DNA of 64,000 nt from Gammaproteobacteria bacterium (lineage in GTDB: Bacteria > Pseudomonadota > Gammaproteobacteria > JAKEHO01): the NCBI GenBank assembly GCA_027296625.1, contig JAPUIX010000183.1:61329-125328 (forward strand), given 5' to 3'. Below the pieces are notes generated by a model. It was not told the DNA's origin, ran no database searches, and saw only the letters and a program-made list of their open reading frames with translations. Below are positions 33,296-42,597 of this stretch, piece after piece (within the stretch, counting starts at the first letter, position 1; every line of letters begins with the position of its first letter). Made by a program: the position numbers and the translations under genes.

Positions 33296-33919
33296 TTAAC
33301 CCACCCTTGAAGCACGCAATAGTCTTTTCAAGTCCTTTAATAGGCCACTTGGGTCGGCCTCCGGCGTATAGCGCATCATGAGATTCCCCAAGGGATCCAC
33401 AATCGCGAGTCCACCATCGTAAATGCCCTCACCCCCATCGGACGACGCAAACTGCCGACGAAAGGCGTGCAACGCCTCGGGCCCCCCGGTGATGATGAGA
33501 AGGCCGGGGTATTTCATCAGGACCGTCCGCAACGCCGGAGTGGGATCCGGGCTTTGGGTAATATAGACGCGCTGCACCCGTGCCATATTCTTCCCCATTG
33601 CGAGTCGTACCTGGCGCATGGCATAGAGCGCGGCCTCACAATCTGCTTCACAGGTCGCCTCACCCACATAGACCAAGTTCCACTTGCCGAGGAACCGATC
33701 AAGGCCTATCGAGTTGCCCTCGAGATCGACCAGGGCCGCATCCTTGAGCGATAGGGGCGGTATCACGAGATCCCCATGATTGACCCTGCCCGCAGGCCGC
33801 CACTCGCCCGGCCCCATGACCAAGACCCAGGCAATGACGAGTGGTGCTGCGACCAGGGCAACGATCAGAATCAGGGTGGTCCGTGGTCCCACGATGGCCT
33901 TAGTCTTTCTCGAGTCCAT
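33296..33919 (-). CDS. SCO1/SenC-like thioredoxin-fold protein
   Basis: TM anchor, then GKWNLVYVGEATCEADC (a CxxxC motif aligning with the Sco GKWxLVYFGFTHCPDIC motif) and IVDPLGN (cf. Sco's IDPDG motif). The usual copper-ligand His is not evident. Confidence 0.6.
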   Translation of the reverse strand: MDSRKTKAIVGPRTTLILIVALVAAPLVIAWVLVMGPGEWRPAGRVNHGDLVIPPLSLKDAALVDLEGNSIGLDRFLGKWNLVYVGEATCEADCEAALYAMRQVRLAMGKNMARVQRVYITQSPDPTPALRTVLMKYPGLLIITGGPEALHAFRRQFASSDGGEGIYDGGLAIVDPLGNLMMRYTPEADPSGLLKDLKRLLRASRVG

Positions 33920-33930
33920 CCTGTGTTATC

Positions 33931-34674
33931 TCAGGGCGTGGGCCTTGCCCGTTTTAAGTTTACGAACACGTAAATCAAAAACAGCGTAACGGCGAGCGCA
34001 AACCATTGGAATGCGTATCCCAAGTGGCGTGCTTCCCCTGTGCCGGGCACACGCCATTCGCGCAGAAATCCATCCGCCATGGCGGGGTCAAGACGCACCA
34101 CATAGGGCAACAGATCGCGCCCCATCTGGTCGGAAAGCCAGACTCGATCGATCAACGGCGCCCGGTAGGTTCCCGGGGCTAAGGCCTCCAGCATAGGCTC
34201 ACCGAGGACAAGGCCTATCTCCGGTGGGGGTTTCGCGACACCACGGAGCGTTACAACGCCATTTGGCACCAGCACTTCGGGGACTACCCGCCGATCAGGT
34301 CCTGCTGCGACCCAGCCCCGGTTGACGAGTACCCAAGCATCCTCGCCCTCAAATCGAAAAGGAGTGAAGACAAAATACCCTGCGGTCCCAGCTACCACCT
34401 GATTATCGAGTAGGATTTGAAACGCGCCGTCGTAGGATCCGGTTGCTTCCACTCTCCGCCAGGCCATCGCCTCCTCACGCGTCCTGGGCCCCTGGGCACG
34501 ATTGAGCACAACGGGCGACAGAGCGGCGCGCTCCGCGTACAGCGCTCCGAGGGATCTTTTCTGGGCTGCCCGATCCAGCTGCCAAAACCCAAGCCAGCAG
34601 AGCAGCGCCACCAGCGCAAAGGTGGCGAGACTTGCCCACCAAAGCGGTCGAAATTGAAGGTTCCGAACGCGCAT
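33931..34674 (-). CDS. SURF1-family cytochrome oxidase assembly protein
   Basis: N-terminal TM with GFWQLDRAAQKRSL, a C-terminal TM, and a periplasmic middle. Confidence 0.8.
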   Translation of the reverse strand: MRVRNLQFRPLWWASLATFALVALLCWLGFWQLDRAAQKRSLGALYAERAALSPVVLNRAQGPRTREEAMAWRRVEATGSYDGAFQILLDNQVVAGTAGYFVFTPFRFEGEDAWVLVNRGWVAAGPDRRVVPEVLVPNGVVTLRGVAKPPPEIGLVLGEPMLEALAPGTYRAPLIDRVWLSDQMGRDLLPYVVRLDPAMADGFLREWRVPGTGEARHLGYAFQWFALAVTLFLIYVFVNLKRARPTP

Positions 34675-34820
34675 CTCACGATAAACCGTTCAAAACTTCC
34701 TCTCGAACCCGAACTGAGGCTAAACGCATGGGAAGCGCACGCAATGGCCCTGTTTGTCCTTTAGGCCCCATAGCAAGGGGAGGTATACTCAGGCGTCATT
34801 TTCCTTGTCGCGATTGCCCA

Positions 34821-35036
34821 ATGCTCACCACCTGGATCGTTAAGGGGTTCATTGTCCTCGTTCTGCTGGTCATCATCACCAGCCTGACCGTTGCGATGAT
34901 CGCGCTAGTTCGCGACAAGGGTCAATCAAACAAAACCTTAAAGGCCCTCACCGTGCGCATCTCGTTGTCCATTGCGCTTTTCATCTTCGTGATGATCGCC
35001 ATCGCACTGGGCCTTATCACACCACACGGCATGTAA
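34821..35036 (+). CDS. twin-TM small membrane protein (DUF2909-like)
   Basis: 71-aa ORF MLTTWIVKGFIVLVLLVIITSLTVAMIALV...; two TM helices. It lies inside the cox cluster but on the opposite strand. Confidence 0.5.
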   Translation: MLTTWIVKGFIVLVLLVIITSLTVAMIALVRDKGQSNKTLKALTVRISLSIALFIFVMIAIALGLITPHGM

Positions 35037-35050
35037 CTTGCCTATACGTA

Positions 35051-35080
35051 AAAAGGCGCTGCCTCGGCAGCGCCTTTTCG
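35051..35080. terminator. bidirectional rho-independent terminator between the DUF2909 ORF and coxC
   Basis: aaaAGGCGCTGCCtcgGGCAGCGCCTtttt. Confidence 0.7.
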
Positions 35081-35099
35081 CCGTCGATCTGCGCATCCG

Positions 35100-35975
35100 C
35101 TACAACACATAAACAAACATAAAGAGGCAGATCCAGACCACATCAACAAAGTGCCAGTACCATGCGACGGCCTCAAACGCAAAGTGATGGGTCGGCGTGA
35201 AGTGTCCCTTGATGGAACGGATCAGGATCACGGTCAACATGATGGCGCCGATGGTGACATGGGCGCCGTGGAACCCGGTTAACATAAAAAACGTCGTGCC
35301 GTAGATGCCGGACGAGACCTTCAAATCCATTGCAGTGTAGCCGTGCCAATATTCATAGGCCTGGAAACCTAGAAACGTGAAGCCCAGGGCAATCGTCAAG
35401 ATGAGGCCGGTGATGAGTTGTCTACGGTTCCCCATCTTCAATCCCCAATGGGCCCAGGTGACGGTTGCGCCACTGGAAAGCAGGATCGCGGTGTTGATGG
35501 CCGGGATCCACACGGGGGCCATTGCTTCTTTGGCCACCGTGAAGTGTGTCGGATCCGGCAGCTGTAAGAGCGGCCAGGCCGCCTGAAACTTCGGCCACAA
35601 GAGCTCATGGGTCGAAAACCCCGAGCCTTCACCGGCCAGCCAAGGGACTGAGTAGACCCGGGCGTAGAACAGCGCGCCGAAGAAGGCGCCAAAAAACATG
35701 ACCTCGGTGAAGATGAACCACGCCATCCCCCAACGGAAGGAGACGTCGACCTGGCGGTTATAAATGCCGCCTTCGCTCTCCCCAATCACCGCGCCGAACC
35801 AACCAAACATCATGAAGATCACGATCGAAACCCCGATCCCCATGACAAAGCTCCCAACCCCTGATCCATTCAGCAACATGGCAAAGCCACCGAATGTAGC
35901 GAAAAGCCCAACCGCGCCCACGATTGGCCAGTGGCTCGGTTCAGGCAGATAGTACCCGGCGTGTGCTTCTGACAT
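35100..35975 (-). CDS. coxC: cytochrome c oxidase subunit III
   Basis: 291-aa seven-TM protein with a conserved COX3 C-terminus (HFVDVVWICLF). Confidence 0.9.
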   Translation of the reverse strand: MSEAHAGYYLPEPSHWPIVGAVGLFATFGGFAMLLNGSGVGSFVMGIGVSIVIFMMFGWFGAVIGESEGGIYNRQVDVSFRWGMAWFIFTEVMFFGAFFGALFYARVYSVPWLAGEGSGFSTHELLWPKFQAAWPLLQLPDPTHFTVAKEAMAPVWIPAINTAILLSSGATVTWAHWGLKMGNRRQLITGLILTIALGFTFLGFQAYEYWHGYTAMDLKVSSGIYGTTFFMLTGFHGAHVTIGAIMLTVILIRSIKGHFTPTHHFAFEAVAWYWHFVDVVWICLFMFVYVL

Positions 35976-36008
35976 CGCTACCCCTCTCTCAACTTGTTTG
36001 TTTTTCCC

Positions 36009-36581
36009 CTACACCGGACCCGGTGGGCCTGCGCGAGCGACGGCCTTCTCTGGCACTTCAAAAAACGTATAGGACAACGTCATGGTGGTGACCTCGCTCG
36101 GCAGGTCTGGATCCACTACGAAACGAACCAACATGCGCTTCGTTTCGCCCGGCGCCAGCATCTGCTGGGTGAAGCAGAAACACTCGGTCTTATTAAAGTA
36201 GAGCGACGCCACCCCCGGTGCCACGCTCGGTACTGCCTGTCCGATGATCGTGCGCGGGGTGCGGTTCGTGGCGACATAGGCCGCCTCTCCCATCGCGCCC
36301 GGATGGATACGCACTTTTTTGACCTCGGGTCTGAAGTCCCAGGACAGGGTGCTGTTCACATTCGCAACGAACTCGACGGTCACCCAGCGCGCCTCGTCCA
36401 CTTCCGTTGTCAAGGCCTCCGCCAGCGCAATGCGCCCCGTCTTACCGTTCAAACCGGTAATATCGCAAAAGACGTTATAGAGCGGCACCAAGGCAAAACC
36501 AAATCCAAACATGCCGACGGCAATAAACAATAAACGCCGAGCAAGGCGTCTATTGGCTACTTGAACTTCTGGGTTCTGCAT
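36009..36581 (-). CDS. ctaG: cytochrome c oxidase assembly protein CtaG/Cox11
   Basis: N-terminal TM plus a Cox11 domain with the copper-binding CFCF motif (KTECFCFTQQ). Confidence 0.85.
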   Translation of the reverse strand: MQNPEVQVANRRLARRLLFIAVGMFGFGFALVPLYNVFCDITGLNGKTGRIALAEALTTEVDEARWVTVEFVANVNSTLSWDFRPEVKKVRIHPGAMGEAAYVATNRTPRTIIGQAVPSVAPGVASLYFNKTECFCFTQQMLAPGETKRMLVRFVVDPDLPSEVTTMTLSYTFFEVPEKAVARAGPPGPV

Positions 36582-36583
36582 CG

Positions 36584-36697
36584 CTATCCATTCATCAGAA
36601 TAAAGCCAACATAGACGGCCAGCGCAAGTAACGCGAGCACGACAGCAATCCGCACATTGGCGGTGCGCAATCGTTGACTTTTTTCAAGATCACCCAT
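36584..36697 (-). CDS. 37-aa single-TM small ORF between coxA and ctaG
   Basis: Hand-translated MGDLEKSQRLRTANVRIAVVLALLALAVYVGFILMNG. Its stop lies 3 nt before the ctaG start codon. It is not in the ORF track (<60 aa). Confidence 0.35.
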   Translation of the reverse strand: MGDLEKSQRLRTANVRIAVVLALLALAVYVGFILMNG

Positions 36698-36749
36698 GGC
36701 CCTCATTACCTCTACGGACCCCCTCAACTGCCGCCTTGATGAAGCCAGA

Positions 36750-38324
36750 CTACTTCACCTCTGGCGCTGTGGTAAATGTATGGTAAGGCGGTGGCGATGC
36801 GAGGGTCCACTCCAACCCCTTGGCCCCTTCCCAGACATTTTCGCTCGCCTGGACGCCACCGCGTATCGTCTTAAAGATGATATAGAGAAACAGCAGCTGG
36901 GTCAGACCAAAGGCGAATCCGCCGATGCTGGAGATCTGGTTAAACTCGGTGAACTGAACCGAATAGTCAGGTATCCGCCGCGGCATCCCCGCCAGCCCGA
37001 GGAAATGCTGCGGGAAGAACAGGACATTTACGGAGACGACCGACAACCAGAAATGCCATTTGCCCAACGTCTCGTCATACATATGCCCGGTCCATTTCGG
37101 CAACCAGAAATACACCGCCGCCATGATGGCGAATAACGAGCCGGTCACCAACACATAATGGAAATGGGCCACCACAAAGTAGGTATCGTGATATTGGAAA
37201 TCAGCGGGCACCATCGCCAACATCAGCCCGGAAAACCCTCCAATCGTAAACAAAATAATAAAGGAGACCGCAAATAGCATGGGGGTCTCGAAGGTCATCG
37301 CCCCCTTCCACATGGTCGTTACCCAGTTGAAGACCTTCACCCCCGTGGGAACTGCGATCAGCATCGTCGTGTACATGAAGAACAGCTGGCCACCCAGCGG
37401 CATACCCACCGTAAACATATGGTGTGCCCAAACAACGAACGAGAGAAAGGCGATGGATGCCGTCGCATAGACCATGGACTCGTAACCGAACAACGGCTTG
37501 CGGGCAAACGTCGGCACGATCTGCGAGATGATTCCAAAGGCCGGCAGGATCAAAATGTAGACCTCGGGGTGCCCAAAGAACCAGAAGATGTGCTGGAACA
37601 TCACCGGGTCACCGCCGCCTGCGGCCGAGAAAAAGGCCGCATCGAAGTACTTATCCATCAAGAGCATCGTTACCGCACCGGCCAGCACCGGCATCGCGGC
37701 AAGCAGCAGGAAGGCCGTGATCAGCCAGGTCCAGACAAACAGCGGCATCTTCATAAACGTCATCCCCGGCGCGCGCATATTGAAAATGGTGGCAATGATA
37801 TTGATGGCGCCCAGGACGGACGACATTCCCAGCAGGTGAATCGCAAAGATCAGAAAGGGGAAGCCGACACCATATTGCAGGATCAAGGGGGCATAGAGGG
37901 TCCAGCCGGCATTCGGCGCGCCTCCGGGCATCAAAAAGGGCGACAACAAAAACGTGAAGGCGAACGGTAGGATCCAGAAGCTCCAGTTATTGAGACGCGG
38001 TAGGGCCATGTCTGGTGCGCCGATCATCATGGGCACCATCCAGTTCGCGAGCCCCACAAAAGCCGGCATGATGACCCCGAAGATCATGATGAGCGCGTGC
38101 ATGGTGGTCATGGAATTGAAAAAGAGCGGGTCCACAAACTGAAGTCCCGGCTGGAACAGCTCCAGGCGGATGACCATGGCCATGGAGCCGCCGACAAAGA
38201 ACATCAGCAAAGCGAAAAACAGGTAAAGCGTACCGATGTCTTTGTGGTTGGTGGTAAAGAGCCAACGGGTAATGCCGCTGGGATGGTGTTCGTGATGTGC
38301 CTCGTGGACCACTGCTGCACTCAT
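36750..38324 (-). CDS. coxA: cytochrome c oxidase subunit I
   Basis: 524-aa twelve-TM protein with WFFGHPEVY and heme/CuB histidine ligands. Confidence 0.95.
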   Translation of the reverse strand: MSAAVVHEAHHEHHPSGITRWLFTTNHKDIGTLYLFFALLMFFVGGSMAMVIRLELFQPGLQFVDPLFFNSMTTMHALIMIFGVIMPAFVGLANWMVPMMIGAPDMALPRLNNWSFWILPFAFTFLLSPFLMPGGAPNAGWTLYAPLILQYGVGFPFLIFAIHLLGMSSVLGAINIIATIFNMRAPGMTFMKMPLFVWTWLITAFLLLAAMPVLAGAVTMLLMDKYFDAAFFSAAGGGDPVMFQHIFWFFGHPEVYILILPAFGIISQIVPTFARKPLFGYESMVYATASIAFLSFVVWAHHMFTVGMPLGGQLFFMYTTMLIAVPTGVKVFNWVTTMWKGAMTFETPMLFAVSFIILFTIGGFSGLMLAMVPADFQYHDTYFVVAHFHYVLVTGSLFAIMAAVYFWLPKWTGHMYDETLGKWHFWLSVVSVNVLFFPQHFLGLAGMPRRIPDYSVQFTEFNQISSIGGFAFGLTQLLFLYIIFKTIRGGVQASENVWEGAKGLEWTLASPPPYHTFTTAPEVK

Positions 38325-38364
38325 TTAATTTTCCTCCGCGTCCTTAATACGCTAGGGCCTCATT

Positions 38365-39507
38365 TCAACGTGCCGCTTTCACCTCTGAGGGCTGCACGAC
38401 ATCGCCCGTGTCGTTGCCCCAGGCGTTACGCTCATAGGTAATCACGGCAGCGAGATCAACGTCACTCAATTGCGCGCCAAAGGCCGCCATGGCGGTCCCC
38501 GCCTTACCGTTCAATACGATGTTGATGTGATCTTTAATGGGGCCCGTGGCAATGGGGCTACCTTTAAGGGCTGCAAACACACCCGGGATCCCCTCGCCAT
38601 TGGCTTGGTGGCAGGCAACGCAATTCGTGCCATAGACCGCCTCGCCTTTGCCCATGAGGTCGGCCTTACTCCAAGTCTTACTCGCCCCCGCACTCTCCGC
38701 GGCCTGGGCCGCCTTCATCTCGGCAACCCATTGCTTGTATTCTGACTCTTCCTTGGCCACCAGCACAATGGGCATGTACGCATGCCCCTTGCCGCAGAGC
38801 TCCGCACACTGCCCGCGGTAGGTGCCCGGTTCCTCAATGAGCGCCCAGGTTTCATTGATGAAGCCCGGGATGGCATCCTTCTTGTAGCCCAGGGCGGGTA
38901 CCCACCAGGCGTGGATGACGTCAGCGGCGGTCATCAAAAAACGGATCTTTCGGTTGACCGGAACGACAACCGGCTTGTCAACGTCCCTGAGATAGTGCGG
39001 GACGTCCCAGGGGTCGATCCCGGAATCGAGTGGGGCCGCTTCCCTGCTGGATTGCGCCAGGTTACTAAAGAAACTGATGTCTTCGTTCAAATACTCATAT
39101 TGCCACTTCCACTGATAACCCGTGACCTTGATAAGAACATCGGCATCCCCCGTCTGCTCCATCGCGATCAAGGTCTTCGTCGCCGGATAGGCCATGGCCA
39201 CGAGGATTAAGGCAGGAATCACCGTCCAGACAATCTCGATGGTGGTGTTGTGATGAAACTGGACGGCATCGGCGCCTTTGGCTTTACGATGATGAAGGAT
39301 CGACCAGAACATCGCGCCGAAAACGACAATGCCAATAACCACACAGATCCACAGGACCAGCATGTGCAGGTCATAGACAATGTGGCTAAGTGGCGTCACG
39401 CCCTTGGTCATGTTGAGCCCATATTCTGCCTTGACCTCGTGCGCCAAAATCAGAAAGAGCAGTGGCACGATTACCAAAAGCCAACGTTTTACGTTATTGA
39501 GAGACAT
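38365..39507 (-). CDS. coxB: cytochrome c oxidase subunit II with fused C-terminal cytochrome c domain
   Basis: Two TMs, CuA centre H...CAELCGKGHAYM, and a C-terminal CVACH heme-c motif. Confidence 0.9.
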   Translation of the reverse strand: MSLNNVKRWLLVIVPLLFLILAHEVKAEYGLNMTKGVTPLSHIVYDLHMLVLWICVVIGIVVFGAMFWSILHHRKAKGADAVQFHHNTTIEIVWTVIPALILVAMAYPATKTLIAMEQTGDADVLIKVTGYQWKWQYEYLNEDISFFSNLAQSSREAAPLDSGIDPWDVPHYLRDVDKPVVVPVNRKIRFLMTAADVIHAWWVPALGYKKDAIPGFINETWALIEEPGTYRGQCAELCGKGHAYMPIVLVAKEESEYKQWVAEMKAAQAAESAGASKTWSKADLMGKGEAVYGTNCVACHQANGEGIPGVFAALKGSPIATGPIKDHINIVLNGKAGTAMAAFGAQLSDVDLAAVITYERNAWGNDTGDVVQPSEVKAAR

Positions 39508-39573
39508 GCCGAGTTCCTCAGCTTGGGCAGTTGATCCTCATTATTCTCGTTCGACTACGATGATTCGGTTTTC

Positions 39574-40104
39574 TTAGTTCGGCTTCAATGCCTTGGCGAG
39601 CGCTCTCGCCAGCCCCCGCCGTTCTTGTTCATTAAGGAACGCCCCCACCTCAACTTCCCTCCCATGGGAACGAATCAGCAATCGGGTTGGATACCAACTT
39701 GTGCGTGAACCCTGTAGTACAACCTGTACCCAGCCTCGCTGAAACTCATGCCGCTCGGCCGGGCGTCGGCGCCCCTTTTCGACAGCCACGCGTTGCTCGT
39801 CAATAGAGATGACTTCGCGCATCTCCCCGCGCCAGGCACAGACATAAAGCGCTGCACCTAACGCTAACATCTCCAGACCCGAAAAGGGCAGGACCATCCA
39901 CAGGCCCGTCGCATAAAACGCCAGCGCAATCGTCATCGAGAAGGCCACAATGCCCACATAAAAGAGCACAAGCCCTCGCCAGGACAGAGACTGATTGGGC
40001 CGAATTATGAAGGAAAAACTCGACCTACCTAGATCGCCCACGCTTGAAACCAAACGCGCGGCCTCCTTTATTTTAATGCGCGCGCCGGGTGATATTACGC
40101 ACAC
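39574..40104 (-). CDS. DUF2244-like integral membrane protein (cytochrome oxidase associated)
   Basis: 176-aa ORF with two TMs (LVLFYVGIVAFSMTIALAFYATGLWMVLPF), directly upstream of coxB. The start is uncertain. Confidence 0.5.
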   Translation of the reverse strand: MCVISPGARIKIKEAARLVSSVGDLGRSSFSFIIRPNQSLSWRGLVLFYVGIVAFSMTIALAFYATGLWMVLPFSGLEMLALGAALYVCAWRGEMREVISIDEQRVAVEKGRRRPAERHEFQRGWVQVVLQGSRTSWYPTRLLIRSHGREVEVGAFLNEQERRGLARALAKALKPN

Positions 40105-40169
40105 AAAAACAGCTCGCGATACTAACCCACTCGAGAGTTAATATGCAACAAAGGCACACGATGTTGCAA

Positions 40170-40197
40170 GGGTTCTGCCGCGGGGGCGGCAGAACCC
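40170..40197. terminator. GC-rich 12-bp stem hairpin downstream of bioD (no U-tract)
   Basis: GGGTTCTGCCGCggggGCGGCAGAACCC read directly. It lies at the 3' end of the bio operon on the minus strand. Confidence 0.35.
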
Positions 40198-40230
40198 CGT
40201 GACAACGCTAAAACACCAATGATCCCCTAA

Positions 40231-40920
40231 TCAACATAGCCGCTCGGCCGCCTCACGTAAGCGCGTTGCGAGGGCTGACACATCCAAGGATTCGATCCAT
40301 GGGAGTTGCCCTAACAAAGGGGCCGGAAGCCTGCGGCGTAGCGTTTCCACCGTCTCACTCGATCGTTCATAGGCGGGATCCAGTTGATTCGCAATCCACC
40401 CGGCCAGCACCACGCCGTCGGCAGCAATCGTCTCCGCCGTCATTAAGGCGTGGCTGATACACCCGAGCCGGAGACCCACGACCAGCAACACCGGGTGAGC
40501 GAGGCACCGCGCGAGGTCCGCGATCCCTTGGTGATCGTTCAACGGCACACGCCAGCCACCAACGCCCTCCACGACGATGAAGTCCGCGCCGGCCACGAGA
40601 TTCTGGTGGGCTGCGAGAATACGGGACAGCTCGATTGCCCCGCCCGCATCCCCGGCCGCAATATGCGGCGCAATCGCAGGGGCATACGCATAGGGGTTCA
40701 CCATCTCATAGGGAAAGGCCTGACTGGCCTCCTTGCCGATCAACTCGGCATCCGGATTTCTAAGCCCCGCGGGCGTCGTCCGGCAGCCGCTGGCGACGGG
40801 CTTCATCCCGGCAACCGTCAAACCCCGCGCCTTCAGTGCGCACATCAAGCCCAAGGTCGCCCAGGTCTTGCCCACCCCGGTATCCGTGCCGGTGACGAAG
40901 TAGCCCTGCGCCGTCGCCAT
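40231..40920 (-). CDS. bioD: dethiobiotin synthetase
   Basis: P-loop GTDTGVGKT. It is the last gene of the bioBFHCD operon. Confidence 0.85.
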   Translation of the reverse strand: MATAQGYFVTGTDTGVGKTWATLGLMCALKARGLTVAGMKPVASGCRTTPAGLRNPDAELIGKEASQAFPYEMVNPYAYAPAIAPHIAAGDAGGAIELSRILAAHQNLVAGADFIVVEGVGGWRVPLNDHQGIADLARCLAHPVLLVVGLRLGCISHALMTAETIAADGVVLAGWIANQLDPAYERSSETVETLRRRLPAPLLGQLPWIESLDVSALATRLREAAERLC

Positions 40921-41834
40921 TATCGCCTCTCCGGCCTGCCTGTGCGCCGGCGCTTCAGCTCGGCGATAGGGAAGGTCGCAACACCAGGCGGCGCCTCATT
41001 GGGCTCATGCCCTGGTGCTGGTGCCCAGGCATGCCCATAGATGACCTCGTGGGTTGCAGGTATGGAGTGGCCTTGCCGGTGGGCCTCGTAGGCATCGATC
41101 ATGCGTTTCAGCCGCCCTTTGCCAGTCAGGCTATGGCGCCGGCCGGTGGCCACGTTGTGGGATCCCAAGGTCTTCAGCTCCCGCATCAAGCGATAGACAT
41201 CGGCGTAGGTGAGCGTGAAGTACTCCACGTCCATGACCGGCTCGGCAAGTCCCGCCCGGATCAGGCCATCACCAATGTCGTGCATATCCACAAAGGCACT
41301 CACATGAATACATTCATCGCTAGCCCGCCAGCTTTCCCGTAACTCTTTTAGCGTATCCGGGCCGAAGGTCGTGAACATCAAGAGGCCACTGGGCCGCAGG
41401 ACCCGGCGAAACTCACCGAACACTTGGTCTAGGTTGTTACACCATTGCAGTATCAGGTTCGCATAGACCATATCGACCGAACGACTGGGAATCGGCAGGA
41501 TCTCGGCATCCCCCTGCACAAAATGCTGCCTTGAAAAGAAACGCGGTGCATAGCGTTTGCCAACGCGGAGCATATGCCAAGCGATATCCAGTTGGATTAT
41601 CCGGGCACCACGGTAGCGTTTCGCCAGCAGCCGCGCACCGGTGCCTGTACCGGCACCCACGTCCAGTATCCACACAGGATTGATCTTGACTAACGCGAGG
41701 CGCTCCACCATAGACTGTGCTACCGTGCGCTGTAGCACCGCTTCGTCCTCATAGCGCTCGGCCGCCCTATTAAAGGCCGCCATGACTTTGCCCTTCTCCA
41801 AGTGGTACGGCCCCAAATCAGCGCAATCCATCAA
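40920..41834 (-). CDS. bioC: malonyl-ACP O-methyltransferase
   Basis: Class I SAM-MTase motif VLDVGAGTGTG in a bio operon context. Confidence 0.8.
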   Translation of the reverse strand: MMDCADLGPYHLEKGKVMAAFNRAAERYEDEAVLQRTVAQSMVERLALVKINPVWILDVGAGTGTGARLLAKRYRGARIIQLDIAWHMLRVGKRYAPRFFSRQHFVQGDAEILPIPSRSVDMVYANLILQWCNNLDQVFGEFRRVLRPSGLLMFTTFGPDTLKELRESWRASDECIHVSAFVDMHDIGDGLIRAGLAEPVMDVEYFTLTYADVYRLMRELKTLGSHNVATGRRHSLTGKGRLKRMIDAYEAHRQGHSIPATHEVIYGHAWAPAPGHEPNEAPPGVATFPIAELKRRRTGRPERR

Positions 41835-42597
41835 GAAACCTCTTAAGTACGCTCAGCGTTTGTTTCGGGTGGGAGATAAACGGCGCGTGAGCCGCCCCTG
41901 GGATCACCTCAGTGACGAGGGCAGGGTGAAGGGTCCGGGTGGCGAGCCCTGCGTTGTGGTGAAGCAACTCGTCGGCCGCCCCCAGAACCTGCAGTGCTGG
42001 ACAATTGATGCGCACGAAACTACTGCGCAGATCGGCCTCCTCGAGTTGCTTTAGCCCCGCGAGCAAGGTCCCGCGATCCGGCAAGTCATCGCCGAGTCGC
42101 GCCCTAAGGTAACGGACAACGAACCGGGCCCTGGCCCCTCCCTGCGCCACCCGTCGGACAAAACGCTCAAGGGTGGCCAGCCTATCCTCCCGCAGTGCCT
42201 TGGCAAATGCGCGAAGGGCGGGCGTGGCCATGCCACAGCCCCAGCCCGGGGCCTCCGAAAAGCGGGGGGCGCTTGCAATCAGCACCAGGCCCCTGACACG
42301 CTCGGGGTAGCGGCACGCCACATGGCTTGCCACAAGCCCCCCGAGCGACCACCCTACCCACACCGCGTCCTTCGGCAACGCCTCCGCCAGCGCTTCTGCC
42401 ATAGGATTCAGGGACGTGGCGCCGGCATTCCACGGGCTCCGCCCATACCCTGGCAAATCGACGGTTACCACCCGCCATCCATCTGCGAGTTTGCCCCGAA
42501 ATGTATCCCAGACACGGCTATCGAGACCCCAGCCGTGCACCAACACAACGTACCGGCCGGAACCCCGCTGCTTGACATGGAGCCGCAAGGCACTCAC
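41818..42597 (-). CDS. bioH: pimeloyl-ACP methyl ester esterase
   Basis: Alpha/beta hydrolase (VLVHGWG, nucleophile elbow GWSLGG) between bioF and bioC. Confidence 0.75.
   Translation of the reverse strand: MSALRLHVKQRGSGRYVVLVHGWGLDSRVWDTFRGKLADGWRVVTVDLPGYGRSPWNAGATSLNPMAEALAEALPKDAVWVGWSLGGLVASHVACRYPERVRGLVLIASAPRFSEAPGWGCGMATPALRAFAKALREDRLATLERFVRRVAQGGARARFVVRYLRARLGDDLPDRGTLLAGLKQLEEADLRSSFVRINCPALQVLGAADELLHHNAGLATRTLHPALVTEVIPGAAHAPFISHPKQTLSVLKRFLDGLR

Noticed and set aside
33296-33919. Assigning the SCO-like ORF confidently as the copper chaperone SenC
   Set aside because: The CxxxC motif is present, but the conserved His ligand could not be located by eye. It is reported as SCO-like only.
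37419-37970. 183-aa plus-strand ORF inside coxA
   Set aside because: It is antisense to a near-certain coxA and its translation is Arg/His/Gly-rich.
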